Assembly (NCBI GenBank): GCA_050246315.1
Contig: JBFWWG010000007.1
Span: 1-64,000 of the forward strand
From: Nitrospiraceae bacterium
GTDB lineage: Bacteria > Nitrospirota > Nitrospiria > Nitrospirales > Nitrospiraceae
Direction of reading: 5' to 3'
Length of the DNA: 64,000 bases
Positions 1-10,350 of the stretch are shown piece by piece. The notes below the pieces were generated by a model. The model had not been told where the DNA came from. It did no database searches and was given only the letters and a program-made list of their open reading frames with translations. Made by a program: the position numbers and the translations under genes. Position 1 is the stretch's first letter. Every line of letters starts with the position of its first letter.

Positions 1-126
1 GACCAATCGAACTGCTTCCGCCTTAAACTCTTCTGTGTACTGCCGTCTGGTCTTGGTGCTCATACCGTCCTCCAATTTCATCAAACTCCTCCTTATACAG
101 GTGTCTGTGAAATCGGGGGAAGGTCA
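1..126 (-). mobile_element. IS3-family insertion sequence, left end: terminal inverted repeat plus 5' part of orfA (truncated by window edge)
   Basis: Minus strand from 126 starts TGACCTTCCCCCGATTTCACAGACACC, a TG-initiated end. The ATG at 63 reads MSTKTRRQYTEEFKAEAVRLV, typical of an IS3 OrfA HTH N-terminus. Confidence 0.85.
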
Positions 127-461
127 GTGCCCTCTAAGTTACTGAATGATAGCGGGATATTAATTGTCTCCCGTATCCGGTCTTACCGTAGCTGGCAGGG
201 TGAGCCTGCCCTGTATCCAAAAGGATAAGCGATCGAGACAATCAGATACGCTGTACGACTGGACGTTAGATAGGACGAAGCAGGCGTGAGGCCCCTGCCT
301 GATGGCACACGAGGGGACAGTTGATCGACGACAGAAGAGCAATGGACTCGCATGGCGACTCCAAGCCATTCCCGCGGCTTCAGCCCAATTACCGACACCG
401 GGATCGAGATATCAATCGCCGGGGGTATTGGACAGACCGACCCTTCACCTTAGCCGCTTCT

Positions 462-668
462 TAGCAGGATGCTGAAAAATTCCGCCAGCTTTGTTCTCGC
501 GTCGCTCAGAGGCTTAACGTACCGAAAAGAGTACGCTTCGCCTCCTCACTCGCTGCGGCCTCGCTGGAGGGCCTTTTTGAGCATCCTGCGCGGCGTATCG
601 TTGTAGCTTGAGACCTGGCTGTCTGTGACACCCTCAGGGGTTCAAAACGGTTTTTCCGCAACCTGCTA
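462..668. repeat. Miniature inverted-repeat element, family 2 (CAGGATGCTGAAAAA ends)
   Basis: TAGCAGGATGCTGAAAAA at 462-479 pairs with TTTTTCCGCAACCTGCTA at 651-668 and with the internal TTTTTGAGCATCCTGC at ~574-589. Internal hairpin ACGTAC..GTACG; TA on both sides; non-coding. Confidence 0.75.
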
Positions 669-688
669 GAAGCGGACCCTTGCACTAA

Positions 689-2182
689 CTATCGCTTCGC
701 CGGAGGCGGCAACTCAGCCACCAGCCTGAGCGACACGGTCAGCTCATCCAACTGGAAATGCGGCTTCAGAAAGGCCACGGCTTTATAGACGCCTGGCTTG
801 CCGGCCACCTCTGCGACTTCCACTCTGGCTTCCTTCAGTGGGAACTTGGCTTTGATTTCCTGTCCGGCATCTTCGGTGCTCACGACGTATTTACTGATCC
901 AGCGATTCAGGAAATCCTCGCAATCCTTGCGTGTCATGAAACTCCCGATCTTATCCCGCATAATAGACTTGAGATAATGGGCGAAGCGTGACATCGCCAG
1001 GAGATACTGGAGTTGCGTTGAGAGCCGCGCGTTGGCGTTCGCCGCATCCGTGTCGTACTTCTTGGCTTTTTGGCAGGATTGCGCGCCGAAGAAGGCCGCA
1101 AAGTCCGTCCCCTTGCAGTGCACGAGGGGGATAAAGCCGAGATCCGACAATTCCTTTTCGCGACGATCGGTGATGGCGATCTCCGTCGGACACTTGAGTG
1201 CGATCTCCCCTTCATCCGTGCGGAATGTGTGGGTCGGCAGCCCGTCCACCCGCCCTCCCCCTTCAACACCGCGGATGGCTGCTGTCCAGCCGTACTTTGC
1301 AAACGCATCCGTGAGACGGGCCCCCATCGCGTAGGCGGCATTCCCCCAGAGATACTTGCTGTGGTCCGTACCATCCACGTCTTCTTTGAAATTGAACGCT
1401 TCAACCGGAACGGTATCCGGTCCGTAAGGCAGCCGCATCAGGACATGCGGCAAGGTCAGGCCCACGTAGCGAGAGTCTTCTGATTCGCGGAATGACTTCC
1501 ACTTGGCGTAATCCGGCGTTTCGAATTTCTTGGCCAGATCACGAGGGTTCGGAAGATCCGTGAAACTTTCGAGTCCGAGCAGACCGGGCGCAGCCGCCGA
1601 GATGAAGGGCGCATGCGCCGAAGCCGCCACATTCGACACCTTCTCCAGCAATGCGAGATCCTGTGGATGCCGCCCGAATTCGTAGTCTCCGATCAAGGCC
1701 CCGTAGGGCGCTCCACCGAAAGTTCCGTACTCTTCTTCGTATACTTTCTTGAACAGCGCGCTTTGGTCGAATTCAACGGCCTTCTCAAGATCCTTCCGGA
1801 GTTCGTCCTTGCTGATATTCAACACACGGATCTTCAGCATGGTGCTGGTTTCGCTTTGCATCACCAGGTAGTGCAGCCCCCGCCAGGCTCCTTCCAACTT
1901 TTGAAACTCCTGCGAATGCATAATGGCATTGAGCTGGGCAGATAAAACCTTGTCGATGTCCGCGATACGTGCGTTGATCGTCGCCTCGAGGTCCTTCGAC
2001 ACTCGGAGGGTGCCTTTCATCACCTCGTCGACGAGGGTGGCAATCTGCCGGCGCGACTGATCACGCTCCCAGTCGTCTTTCCCGATGCGGGTTTCATTGA
2101 TAATCCGATCAAGAAAGCCGACTTCTTCCGTTCCCGCGGCCACCGCGCCCTGCGGCTGCGCTTGTTTCGCTTCTTCCGCCAT
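689..2182 (-). CDS. tssC: T6SS contractile sheath large subunit
   Basis: 497 aa; motifs FQKLEGAWRGL, VYEEEYGTFGGAPY, YLWGNAA, RFAHYLK, FLKPHFQL. Confidence 0.98.
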   Translation of the reverse strand: MAEEAKQAQPQGAVAAGTEEVGFLDRIINETRIGKDDWERDQSRRQIATLVDEVMKGTLRVSKDLEATINARIADIDKVLSAQLNAIMHSQEFQKLEGAWRGLHYLVMQSETSTMLKIRVLNISKDELRKDLEKAVEFDQSALFKKVYEEEYGTFGGAPYGALIGDYEFGRHPQDLALLEKVSNVAASAHAPFISAAAPGLLGLESFTDLPNPRDLAKKFETPDYAKWKSFRESEDSRYVGLTLPHVLMRLPYGPDTVPVEAFNFKEDVDGTDHSKYLWGNAAYAMGARLTDAFAKYGWTAAIRGVEGGGRVDGLPTHTFRTDEGEIALKCPTEIAITDRREKELSDLGFIPLVHCKGTDFAAFFGAQSCQKAKKYDTDAANANARLSTQLQYLLAMSRFAHYLKSIMRDKIGSFMTRKDCEDFLNRWISKYVVSTEDAGQEIKAKFPLKEARVEVAEVAGKPGVYKAVAFLKPHFQLDELTVSLRLVAELPPPAKR

Positions 2183-2184
2183 GG

Positions 2185-2718
2185 TTAGCCCTCCTTCTGG
2201 GAACCACCCTCAGTTCCCAGTCCCGCTTCTTTCCCGATCTTTTGCTGCAACTCCGTATTACCAATGATCTCCTGTAGTTTTTCTGCCAGCTTGTCGTTCC
2301 CATCGGTTTTCGCCAAGAGCGCGGACAGTTGCTTTCTGACCTCGACAAGTTTTTTCAACGGCTCAACCTGTTCAGCCACCTGCTCGGGGCTGAAATCGTC
2401 GATGTTCTTGAAGCGCAGTTCCACACCGATCTTCGTATCGTCATTGGTCAGCTTATTGTCGACTTTGTACGCGAGACGCGGCCCCATCCCTTTCATCACG
2501 TCGCTGAAGCTATCCCGATCAATCTCCACGAACTTGCGCTTGGGATCCTTCAAACCCGGGAGGGGCTGATCCGGTTTTCCGGCCAAGTCCGCCATGACTC
2601 CGACGACGAACGGCAACTCTTTCATTTCGATGGCGCCGCCAGTCTCCACGTCATAGGTAATCTGCACACGCGGCGGCCGAACGCGATCCAACTTATGCTG
2701 CGTACTTTCACGCGCCAT
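2185..2718 (-). CDS. tssB: T6SS contractile sheath small subunit
   Basis: 177 aa; RPPRVQITYDVE, KELPFVVGVMADL, DFSPEQVAEQV. Confidence 0.98.
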   Translation of the reverse strand: MARESTQHKLDRVRPPRVQITYDVETGGAIEMKELPFVVGVMADLAGKPDQPLPGLKDPKRKFVEIDRDSFSDVMKGMGPRLAYKVDNKLTNDDTKIGVELRFKNIDDFSPEQVAEQVEPLKKLVEVRKQLSALLAKTDGNDKLAEKLQEIIGNTELQQKIGKEAGLGTEGGSQKEG

Positions 2719-2741
2719 GAGAATCCTCCGTCGTTTGATTG

Positions 2742-3860
2742 CTAAGAATTCTGCTCATTCGTCGGCCGGCCCTGGCTCAGACCCAGCGTTTCTCGGACGT
2801 TACCGAGCACGTCGTCGCTCTTGATGACTTCCTGTAGCCATTCTTCCAAGGGCATTTGTCCCCACCGCGCGGCACGTTGAACGAGGTAGGCGACCGGGCT
2901 GTGCGGCTCCGTGCGATGGAAAAAGTCAGCCACCGCCTCCAATCGTCGCAAAGCGTCCGCCCGGTCGACTGGCATAATGCTCGTTCCACTCGCCGCCATC
3001 TGTACCACCGGTGTCATATCCGCCTCCCGGGGAACAATGTCTGGTTGACTTACCGTGGGTGTTGCGATGCCCCCTTTCTTTCGGACAATTCCATTCATCA
3101 GCGACCGGCATTCGCTCACGGCATCCTTGATGAACCTCAAGCTTGGCGCCTCCGGGACATATTTTTCATCGACATTTCGCTCCAAGCGCTCAAACTCATC
3201 CCAGGATTGATTCAGATTCTCAAGCATGGTCGAGCAATGGGTCAGAGGCGTCGCCGCGACGGCCTTGTCGAATTTTTCGCCTTCGAGTTTTCCTTCCTCC
3301 AAGGCTTCGGCCAGCGCCCGTTTTTTGTCTCCGTCCGTCGCCGCTCCGCGGCGCAGGTTCTCGACTTCCTGCGATTCTTTATAATGCCAATAACTGTAGG
3401 CCGGCCCGCCGGGTGGGTGAATCAGCGGCATATTGAGAATGGCGATAGGGAGAATCTTATTCAGCGCTTCAAGCCGTCCACTGCGAAACTCCAGATCGCC
3501 ATTCTCGATCAGGGGGTAAAATGTCTCCCAGTAGTGCTCATGCAACTCCCGTAGAATCCTCAGCCCGTCCCGAAGTCCCGCTGAACCGTGCTTCTTGACC
3601 AATCCTTCCGTGAGCCACGCTGCCACCTGCAGCTCCTTACCTTCCGTCGCCAAAATCTTGGTCGCGACTTGGATCGCCTTGGTCCAATCCGCGACCTTCA
3701 CTTCACGCTTCCAGTCACCCTGGCTCGCAACATCTTCCTCTCGGCGCGCTTCTTTGAGCAATTCGAACGATAGGCCGTCGCGAGGATCGACTCCACAGGG
3801 CTTGTCTCCCGAGATCGGCTTGAGAATCGCGTCGATATCGACCGTCGGTACCGAAGCCAT
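2742..3860 (-). CDS. tssA: T6SS TssA (ImpA N-terminal domain)
   Basis: ImpA_N-like ILKPISGDKPCG..KELQVAAWLTE; C-terminal EPHSPVAYL motif. Confidence 0.92.
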   Translation of the reverse strand: MASVPTVDIDAILKPISGDKPCGVDPRDGLSFELLKEARREEDVASQGDWKREVKVADWTKAIQVATKILATEGKELQVAAWLTEGLVKKHGSAGLRDGLRILRELHEHYWETFYPLIENGDLEFRSGRLEALNKILPIAILNMPLIHPPGGPAYSYWHYKESQEVENLRRGAATDGDKKRALAEALEEGKLEGEKFDKAVAATPLTHCSTMLENLNQSWDEFERLERNVDEKYVPEAPSLRFIKDAVSECRSLMNGIVRKKGGIATPTVSQPDIVPREADMTPVVQMAASGTSIMPVDRADALRRLEAVADFFHRTEPHSPVAYLVQRAARWGQMPLEEWLQEVIKSDDVLGNVRETLGLSQGRPTNEQNS

Positions 3861-3885
3861 GATCTCGTGCTCCTATATTACCCTC

Positions 3886-4686
3886 TTACACCGGCGCCAG
3901 CGCTTCGAACTCCACCTCTCCGATCTCCAGGATCGATATTTCCCGGTCATCGACCAGAAAGGTCTTCTGTCCGACCCCGCCGGCCAAGCCCGCGCCGAGA
4001 TCTCGCCATTCCGTCACTCGACCAAGGCGCACCTTGTCATCGGCATCCAACTCCGACCCGATATACAGCACAGGCAGAAACACGTCGCCTGCCGCTCCGT
4101 CCTCAATTTCGACCGACGCCGGCACCCACAGCAGGTCTCGCAAATGCTTCGGTTGGGGGATGACCGCTTTCCGAATTCGCTCGAATGGCACCCAGATGTA
4201 GGAGTCGCGCAGGAACACTTCCAGGATACCCGCCGTGCGGTCGTCAGAATCGCGAAAGGCGGCAAAGGGATGTCCCTTCATCCGGCCGCGTACCTCCGGC
4301 CACATCCGATGCGCGCGTTCATACAGTTCCTTGGCTCGGGCCGCATGGCCTTCGCGCAATTGGCTTTGAGCATCCACGCACAACAGGACATATTCCGGAG
4401 GATCGGAGAGAAATTTCGGCTTGATACCTTCGATAAAAAATCGCCGGCGTGCAGTTTCCGCACGAAGAATGTTTCGATAGACCTCCACACCAATGCCAAC
4501 TTTCTCGTCCTGATGTCCAATGACGTCTAGTTGGCGTTGAGCACGCTCATAGTCACCGTCGAAGCACAGGAGTTCAAAGAGAAACGTTCGCAGGTGGGCG
4601 TCGGTAGGATGCCGCTTGACTTCTTGGTTCAGCTCAGCGACAGCGGCTGACAGTTGATTGGCATCGAGAAGATCCTTTGCTTTCAT
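3886..4686 (-). CDS. tagJ: T6SS accessory protein TagJ/ImpE (SciE)
   Basis: Start MKAKDLL at 4686; LFELLCFDGDYERA, F-x-DSDDR..LEV..YIWVPF, LRDLLW, LGRVTEW. Confidence 0.92.
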   Translation of the reverse strand: MKAKDLLDANQLSAAVAELNQEVKRHPTDAHLRTFLFELLCFDGDYERAQRQLDVIGHQDEKVGIGVEVYRNILRAETARRRFFIEGIKPKFLSDPPEYVLLCVDAQSQLREGHAARAKELYERAHRMWPEVRGRMKGHPFAAFRDSDDRTAGILEVFLRDSYIWVPFERIRKAVIPQPKHLRDLLWVPASVEIEDGAAGDVFLPVLYIGSELDADDKVRLGRVTEWRDLGAGLAGGVGQKTFLVDDREISILEIGEVEFEALAPV

Positions 4687-4820
4687 GACCCCTCCGAGCC
4701 AAGGTCGGGAGCTCATCCTACGCAACTACCACGTAAATGGCAAGCCGCCGGAGGTGGCGCCGGCCAGGCCCGGACTTCAGCGACTGGACGTTCCTGACCA
4801 GCAATGCTCCGATTTTAGGC

Positions 4821-5822
4821 TCACTCCGATGATGGACTCGACGAGTGCCCAACCAAAGATATATTACGTATTACATCAAGGGTCCGCTTCAGCGAAGCTC
4901 TTGGGTCACAAGCGATTTCTTGCAAATCCTGACTGCCCGCCTGGCGATCGGTGTCCGCGGATGAGAATGGGTCAACCCAGTCAGGACAGGCAGATTGGGG
5001 TGTCAGGATAAATTGGACCATTTTCGGAGAAGGAGTTCCATAGCCAGCCACCATACAAGGATCGACCGCTGCGCTTCCTCGTGTCCAGAACATCACCCTC
5101 GGGTCGCCCCATTCCGTTCTGACGCTCGCGGTCAGATCCATCCAGAACGGCATATCGTTCGTTTCGTCTTTCTCGCCCTTCACGAGGGGAAATCTGAGCA
5201 CGGGCGATCGAGGCGTGTGTGCGCCAGCATGCGGCGCTACCTTCTTGACCAGTGCGGAACAAAGGACCTCCACCATGGGCCTGCTCGTGGTATCCCCCCA
5301 GATTTCAGTGCACCATTCCGCGACGGTGACGCTGTTCAAGGCGGCGTCATAACACGCCTGCACCTGGCTTGCCTCCATGGGTGCCGTCCAATTCGACGAT
5401 TCGAACGCTTGTTTGAACGCATTCCAATCCTGGGTTAACTGGAGGCGTCGAACGAGGTCACGGGTCCGGCCAAGAAATCCTTTGAACGCCAGCGGCAGCA
5501 ACGCCCGGCGGAGACGCATGGTCTCCTGATCAATGAGCAGAAAGGCCAGAAAGGGGTATTCCCGTCCAACCTGATCGAGGCTGGGAAGGATGACCCCCAG
5601 GGTCAGCCGCGAACTTCGGACCGGAGCAAAAAGGAAGTTCCAAGGCTCGGCCTTTTCAACCGCCTTCTTCAACTCATGACCCAGCCTGCTTTTGGCGGAT
5701 ACCATCCCTTCCTGTAGCCAGGGATCCAACTCGCGCATCTCCACGCCAGCCCCATTCCACCGCAAAAACTCACGGGAGAAGGGAAGCTTTCCGTAATAAC
5801 CGGTCACATATGCACCGGGCAT
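4821..5822 (-). CDS. tagF: T6SS-associated TagF (DUF2094)
   Basis: GYYGKLP..EF and SLDQVGREYPF motifs; lies directly after tssM. Confidence 0.88.
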   Translation of the reverse strand: MPGAYVTGYYGKLPFSREFLRWNGAGVEMRELDPWLQEGMVSAKSRLGHELKKAVEKAEPWNFLFAPVRSSRLTLGVILPSLDQVGREYPFLAFLLIDQETMRLRRALLPLAFKGFLGRTRDLVRRLQLTQDWNAFKQAFESSNWTAPMEASQVQACYDAALNSVTVAEWCTEIWGDTTSRPMVEVLCSALVKKVAPHAGAHTPRSPVLRFPLVKGEKDETNDMPFWMDLTASVRTEWGDPRVMFWTRGSAAVDPCMVAGYGTPSPKMVQFILTPQSACPDWVDPFSSADTDRQAGSQDLQEIACDPRASLKRTLDVIRNISLVGHSSSPSSE

Positions 5823-5873
5823 CCATCCTCCCCGACACCATCATTCGGTTGAGAGTCGTGACGTCGCTCCTGA

Positions 5874-5971
5874 CAGGCCATTGAAAGACATTCTGAGCAC
5901 CCTCCTCGAAAGAGACGATGCTGCGCGATCTCAGGGGATGCCAGAGTGCCACCCAGGATGTTCAAAAAGGC
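5874..5971. repeat. Degenerate partial copy of family-2 element between tssM and tagF
   Basis: CAGGATGTTCAAAAAGGC at 5954-5971 matches the reverse complement of 571-588 with one mismatch. An upstream CAGG..GAAA lies at similar spacing (~80 vs ~77 nt). Confidence 0.5.
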
Positions 5972-5999
5972 GTCCTGCGATGCGAAAACAAAGACGGCA

Positions 6000-8900
6000 C
6001 TACAGATTCTGAAGGCATCGAAACTTGGCGAAGAAGTCCGTAGCAAATGGGTGCTTGTGCCCACGAGCCCGGATATTGTATTGGACTCTGACCGGTTGTC
6101 CTGCCACCATCAGTTCCCACTGGAACTGGTACTGTGCACCGTCGCTTTCCTCTCTGACCTCATCCGCCTGTCTGAGGAGTCGAAAGAACCCCCACAGGTC
6201 TTTGTACTCCTTGCCAATCCAGTTGGTTCCTACTTGAATTTGTATCGCGGCTCCCGCGCTGGCCACCTGGCCTGGCCACTTCATCTCGTGCCATTCTTGT
6301 GGTTCCATGCGATACCGCAGAGTTTGCCCGCCTACCTCAAGACGGATTTCACTGACCGTATGACTGATCTCTCCCTTGGGAGGATTGGGGTACACTTCGA
6401 ACTGAGTGCCCAGGTCTGGACTCCCCTTGAGAAACAGACTCTCGGTCATGCCCCCCGCATGCTGGAGGGCAGCCACAAATTCATCCGAAAGTCCTAGGCC
6501 AATTCCGCGCCACTTCTTCGCCTGCCACTGGCTTGGCCCCTGTTCAATGAACGGCTTCAATTCTGCCTGATAGAACTTCCACAGCGCCCCTGTCTCAGGA
6601 TGAAGAAACTCGACCACGTCGGATGCTGGAGCATCGGCCCCCGAAGCGAGGAACGGATAATGCCCTTCTATGTTCCGTTGACATGCTGGGTACACCTCAC
6701 CCTCCCATCGGCGGCTCACCTCAGCCGTGGCGCGATCCATCACTCCCTGCATCGCTATAGTCCACGGTTGCATCAGGAGCGCTGAGAGAGACTCGCGAAG
6801 GTCAGGCGGAAACTGGTGGAGCAACAGATCCGTTGTCTTGATGGCTTGCAGCAGATCGTTTGGCTCGCCTGATACCACATTCTTCGCCAGCATCTTGGTA
6901 TCTCCGGGCGGACTCTCCGCCCGGAGGATAGGCCGCAATGTCTGATGCAGTTTCCGCACTTCTGCCAGATACCGCCCGAGCAGCGATTCCTCCTTGGCAT
7001 CCTTCGGCACTACCACGAGCTCGTGGATTGGCTTGAGCCGGATGGAGACCGAACCAGAAAAATCGCTGGGGTCAGCTAATCGCCGGATAACCTCTTCCGC
7101 TTCCTTTTGAGCGACGGCCGATGGTGTGGCATCAGATTGCAACCCAAAACTTTGCTTCACCTTTTCCAGCAGACTGTTGGCCGTTAATTGCAGTTTTGCA
7201 ATGCCCTCCGTATCCATTCTCGTGTTCTCATCGATTGTGCGGAACACCCGTAAGAGCGGTGAATCTGGTTGACCCAGAATCGCGAGAATTTCCTCCACTT
7301 GGGCAGGCGTCGAGGCCGGCCTGATGCTGAGCGAACCCACAAATTCCCGCCAGTACCGGGCGTAGTCCTGGAAGTACAGCCGTTTGATCTCCTTATCGAG
7401 CTGGGACCTCCCCACCTCAGGCTCTCCAATCACCCATCCTTCCTCTCCCAGCTCTTCCAGAACTTTAGCTACAGTCTGTTGAAACGGACCTTTCCAGCCT
7501 TCCATCGTGTAAATACCCGGAATGGAGAAGTCGCTCACCACACTCCCCTGATACCTCCCCTGCATCACCGAGTCGAGCGTAAACGGCTGTATCTGATGCT
7601 GGGCCTCACGCCTCGCCAGCGCATAGATTCGTTGCACACGGGGAATCTGCCGGAGACGCTGCTGGGTCTCACGAATGAGCTCGCCATTCAATGCCAGCCG
7701 ACTCGCGGTCTCTTTCGCCAGATAGGAACTATACAGGCGTACTTGCTGCGCCGTGACTTCTTTCACTTCGTCTGGCACCTGAAAATCCTGATACACCAGC
7801 GGGAGCTTCTCGCTCCAAAATCCGTTCATCCATCCGTCGAGATAGTCTGGCTTGAGATGAACCGGATCCCCCAACATGATGTAGGCTTTCACCAGGGAGT
7901 AGTAATAATCGCTTCCCTGAGCGGCGCCATCAGCTCCCGCCTCTCCGCCAACGAACCCGGCCAGGATATCTTCCATTTCTGCTTTCGTCGGACCAAGAAA
8001 CTGCCTTGCGAAATAATGCAGATACATCTCGCGGATCGCGTCATGGAGCTGCCCACCTTGATAAAATCCCCATAAACGAAGGGGCACACCTTCTTGCTCA
8101 TAGGAGTGCAGGAGGGTGAGGTGAGAGCCAAGCCCCTGCAGATACTCAAGATTCCGTTCGAAGCCAGGAACATCGATGCCGGGCTCCGGTGGGTTGAGCG
8201 CGGACGTCAGCGCGCTTCCTAAGAGATGGCGATATCCTACAAACGACACGGTGAGCGCGATCACCGCGAGAAGCACTCCCACGATCGACAGCACGAAGGC
8301 GCCGACTCTTAGATAGCCGCGCTGACGATGGATGGCGGATGAAGGAGTTGCGAACAATCGATCCGGGAAAATGACCTCCGTAAACAGGTCCCGCAAGAAA
8401 TAGCTCTTGGGCTCCGCCACACGAACTGGAGACGTGCCGACTTCGGTCAGCCCTGCGGCCCGTCCAACCGCACTCAGAATGCGATCAATCGGGGTCCCCT
8501 CTTGAGTGCCGCTCGTGAAATAGAAGCCTCGAAACAGCGGCGACTCTTGATAGGGGCTTGCCTGAAACAAGGCTTCGATGAAGCGGGCGAGCCGATCCCG
8601 AGCAGAGTTCATTTGGAGCGGAAATCCGAATATCGTGACTTTATGTGGGCCTCGTGTGGCTGCCAGCCTGCTGAGCCGCCTTTCCTTCAAAATCCCCAGC
8701 AGGTCGTCATACTCTTTCTGAAATCGGACCTGCGGCGGATCGCCCGCGGAGGCTTTGGGGAGGGTACAGCCCCAGATCTGTTCTCTCTCAGCGCGGCTCA
8801 AATCCTCAAAGAATTCGACGAATCCTTGGATCAAGTCACACTTGGTGAACAACACATACACGGGAAAGACGACCCCCAGTTGTTTGGTCAGCTCATCAAT

Positions 8901-9647
8901 GCGCGCCCGAATTTTCTGCGCATGCGCCTGGACCTCCTCCTCTCCCGCCTGAAGCAAATCCGCCAGGCTGATGGCCACGATCACGCCATTGAGCGGTGTC
9001 CCTGGTCTGTACTTTTTCAGGAGGTTCAAGAACGCGAGCCACTCCGGCTGATCCTCCTCGGCCGAGACATAACGCCCCGCCGTATCGAGCACCACGCCGT
9101 CATTGGTGAACCACCAGTCACAGTTCCGCGTGCCGCCCAATCCCTGCAGGCCTTGGGCCATGCCGGCCATATAAGGGAACTGCAAACCGGAGTGGCGTAA
9201 TGCCGTGCTTTTCCCGGATCCTGGCGGACCGATAAACATGTACCAGGGCAAGGCGTACAGGGCGGCTTTCCCTCTGAGCCCCTTCGAAAGGTTCGATTCC
9301 TTGAGGGCGGCAACGCCTTTCTCAAACTGCTCACGAACGGCCTCCACCTCCTCTGCTCGATCAGCTTTGGTTCTACCGACTTGTTGACGAGCTTGCTGTT
9401 GCAGCGAGGCTTCCAGACGGGAGGCTCTTCTCTGCGCCAGCAGATGGTGCCCGACATACAGTAACGCGCGAACGAAACCGAGTAGCAGAATAGCCTGGAT
9501 CCGATGAGCCTCGGACTCAAGACCAATGATGTGTCCCCCAAACCACACAAACAGCGCCAGAAACAGCACGGCAATCTCAACAACCAGCCGAGGGTTCTTG
9601 AATAGGCCGACCAAGAACGCGCCCAGCTTGGTGATGAGAGATTTCAA
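6000..9647 (-). CDS. tssM: T6SS membrane complex subunit TssM/IcmF
   Basis: 1215 aa; N-terminal TMs, LYALPWY..GPPGSGKST, TRNCDWWF, DTAGRY, FRGFYFTSGTQEG; TTG start overlaps the tssL stop. Confidence 0.97.
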   Translation of the reverse strand: MKSLITKLGAFLVGLFKNPRLVVEIAVLFLALFVWFGGHIIGLESEAHRIQAILLLGFVRALLYVGHHLLAQRRASRLEASLQQQARQQVGRTKADRAEEVEAVREQFEKGVAALKESNLSKGLRGKAALYALPWYMFIGPPGSGKSTALRHSGLQFPYMAGMAQGLQGLGGTRNCDWWFTNDGVVLDTAGRYVSAEEDQPEWLAFLNLLKKYRPGTPLNGVIVAISLADLLQAGEEEVQAHAQKIRARIDELTKQLGVVFPVYVLFTKCDLIQGFVEFFEDLSRAEREQIWGCTLPKASAGDPPQVRFQKEYDDLLGILKERRLSRLAATRGPHKVTIFGFPLQMNSARDRLARFIEALFQASPYQESPLFRGFYFTSGTQEGTPIDRILSAVGRAAGLTEVGTSPVRVAEPKSYFLRDLFTEVIFPDRLFATPSSAIHRQRGYLRVGAFVLSIVGVLLAVIALTVSFVGYRHLLGSALTSALNPPEPGIDVPGFERNLEYLQGLGSHLTLLHSYEQEGVPLRLWGFYQGGQLHDAIREMYLHYFARQFLGPTKAEMEDILAGFVGGEAGADGAAQGSDYYYSLVKAYIMLGDPVHLKPDYLDGWMNGFWSEKLPLVYQDFQVPDEVKEVTAQQVRLYSSYLAKETASRLALNGELIRETQQRLRQIPRVQRIYALARREAQHQIQPFTLDSVMQGRYQGSVVSDFSIPGIYTMEGWKGPFQQTVAKVLEELGEEGWVIGEPEVGRSQLDKEIKRLYFQDYARYWREFVGSLSIRPASTPAQVEEILAILGQPDSPLLRVFRTIDENTRMDTEGIAKLQLTANSLLEKVKQSFGLQSDATPSAVAQKEAEEVIRRLADPSDFSGSVSIRLKPIHELVVVPKDAKEESLLGRYLAEVRKLHQTLRPILRAESPPGDTKMLAKNVVSGEPNDLLQAIKTTDLLLHQFPPDLRESLSALLMQPWTIAMQGVMDRATAEVSRRWEGEVYPACQRNIEGHYPFLASGADAPASDVVEFLHPETGALWKFYQAELKPFIEQGPSQWQAKKWRGIGLGLSDEFVAALQHAGGMTESLFLKGSPDLGTQFEVYPNPPKGEISHTVSEIRLEVGGQTLRYRMEPQEWHEMKWPGQVASAGAAIQIQVGTNWIGKEYKDLWGFFRLLRQADEVREESDGAQYQFQWELMVAGQPVRVQYNIRARGHKHPFATDFFAKFRCLQNL

Positions 9648-10345
9648 CTTCTCGTCTCCTGCATCAGCCGCCTCAGTTGCTCGACCACGTGCCCCGCATC
9701 CTGGCTGCTCAAAAACGACAGCGCCAGATAGAACAGGAGCACGAGGCCGGCACTGGTCACGAGGATCGCCCAGGCCGGAAGTTCTCGCTTGACCATTTCC
9801 ATCAGCTCATCGGGGCGCCGCCCTCGTGGAGAAAGGAGCGCCGCCTCGCCGCGCTTGGCCTGTATTTCCCGAGTGACATCCTGCAGGACTCCTTTCAACA
9901 TCTCCCGATCGTGCAGGCGATACTGCCCCTCAAAACCGAAGATGAGGCACAGGGAGAAGACTTCCAACAACTCCACATTCACCGGCAGCGTGTTGCGAAC
10001 GACGTCGAGCCGCTTGAAAAACCCTTCCCCCGCCACGAACTCTCCGAAGAAGTCATACTGCAGAGGCTTCGACGCCCACTGCTCGCGGAGAGACCAGCGG
10101 GAATTGATGACCATTTCATCCAGATAGGCGGCCACCGCGTACTGGCATTGCGTCAACGTATCCTGCGGAATCCCGGCACTTCTGGTCTGCTCTTCAGCCG
10201 TTTGAAAGAGGCGGTGGATGCGAGCGCGCAATTGTTCAATGGCGCCCAACTCCTTGGCATCTCGGATGTAGGCTCCCAAGACCAGGAGGTCTCCATAGAT
10301 CTCCGCAAGCCTTCCAGCGCCCACGATCTCCATCGGCTTCGCCAT
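9644..10345 (-). CDS. tssL: T6SS TssL/DotU (no OmpA domain)
   Basis: YAVAAYLDE, W..KPLQ..FFGE..AGEGFF, LIFGFEGQY; single C-terminal TM. Confidence 0.95.
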   Translation of the reverse strand: MAKPMEIVGAGRLAEIYGDLLVLGAYIRDAKELGAIEQLRARIHRLFQTAEEQTRSAGIPQDTLTQCQYAVAAYLDEMVINSRWSLREQWASKPLQYDFFGEFVAGEGFFKRLDVVRNTLPVNVELLEVFSLCLIFGFEGQYRLHDREMLKGVLQDVTREIQAKRGEAALLSPRGRRPDELMEMVKRELPAWAILVTSAGLVLLFYLALSFLSSQDAGHVVEQLRRLMQETRS

Positions 10346-10350
10346 GCGCC

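Noticed and set aside
160..398. Small ORFs downstream of tssC as hcp, effector or immunity genes
   Set aside because: No similarity to Hcp or other recognisable families; no clear RBS
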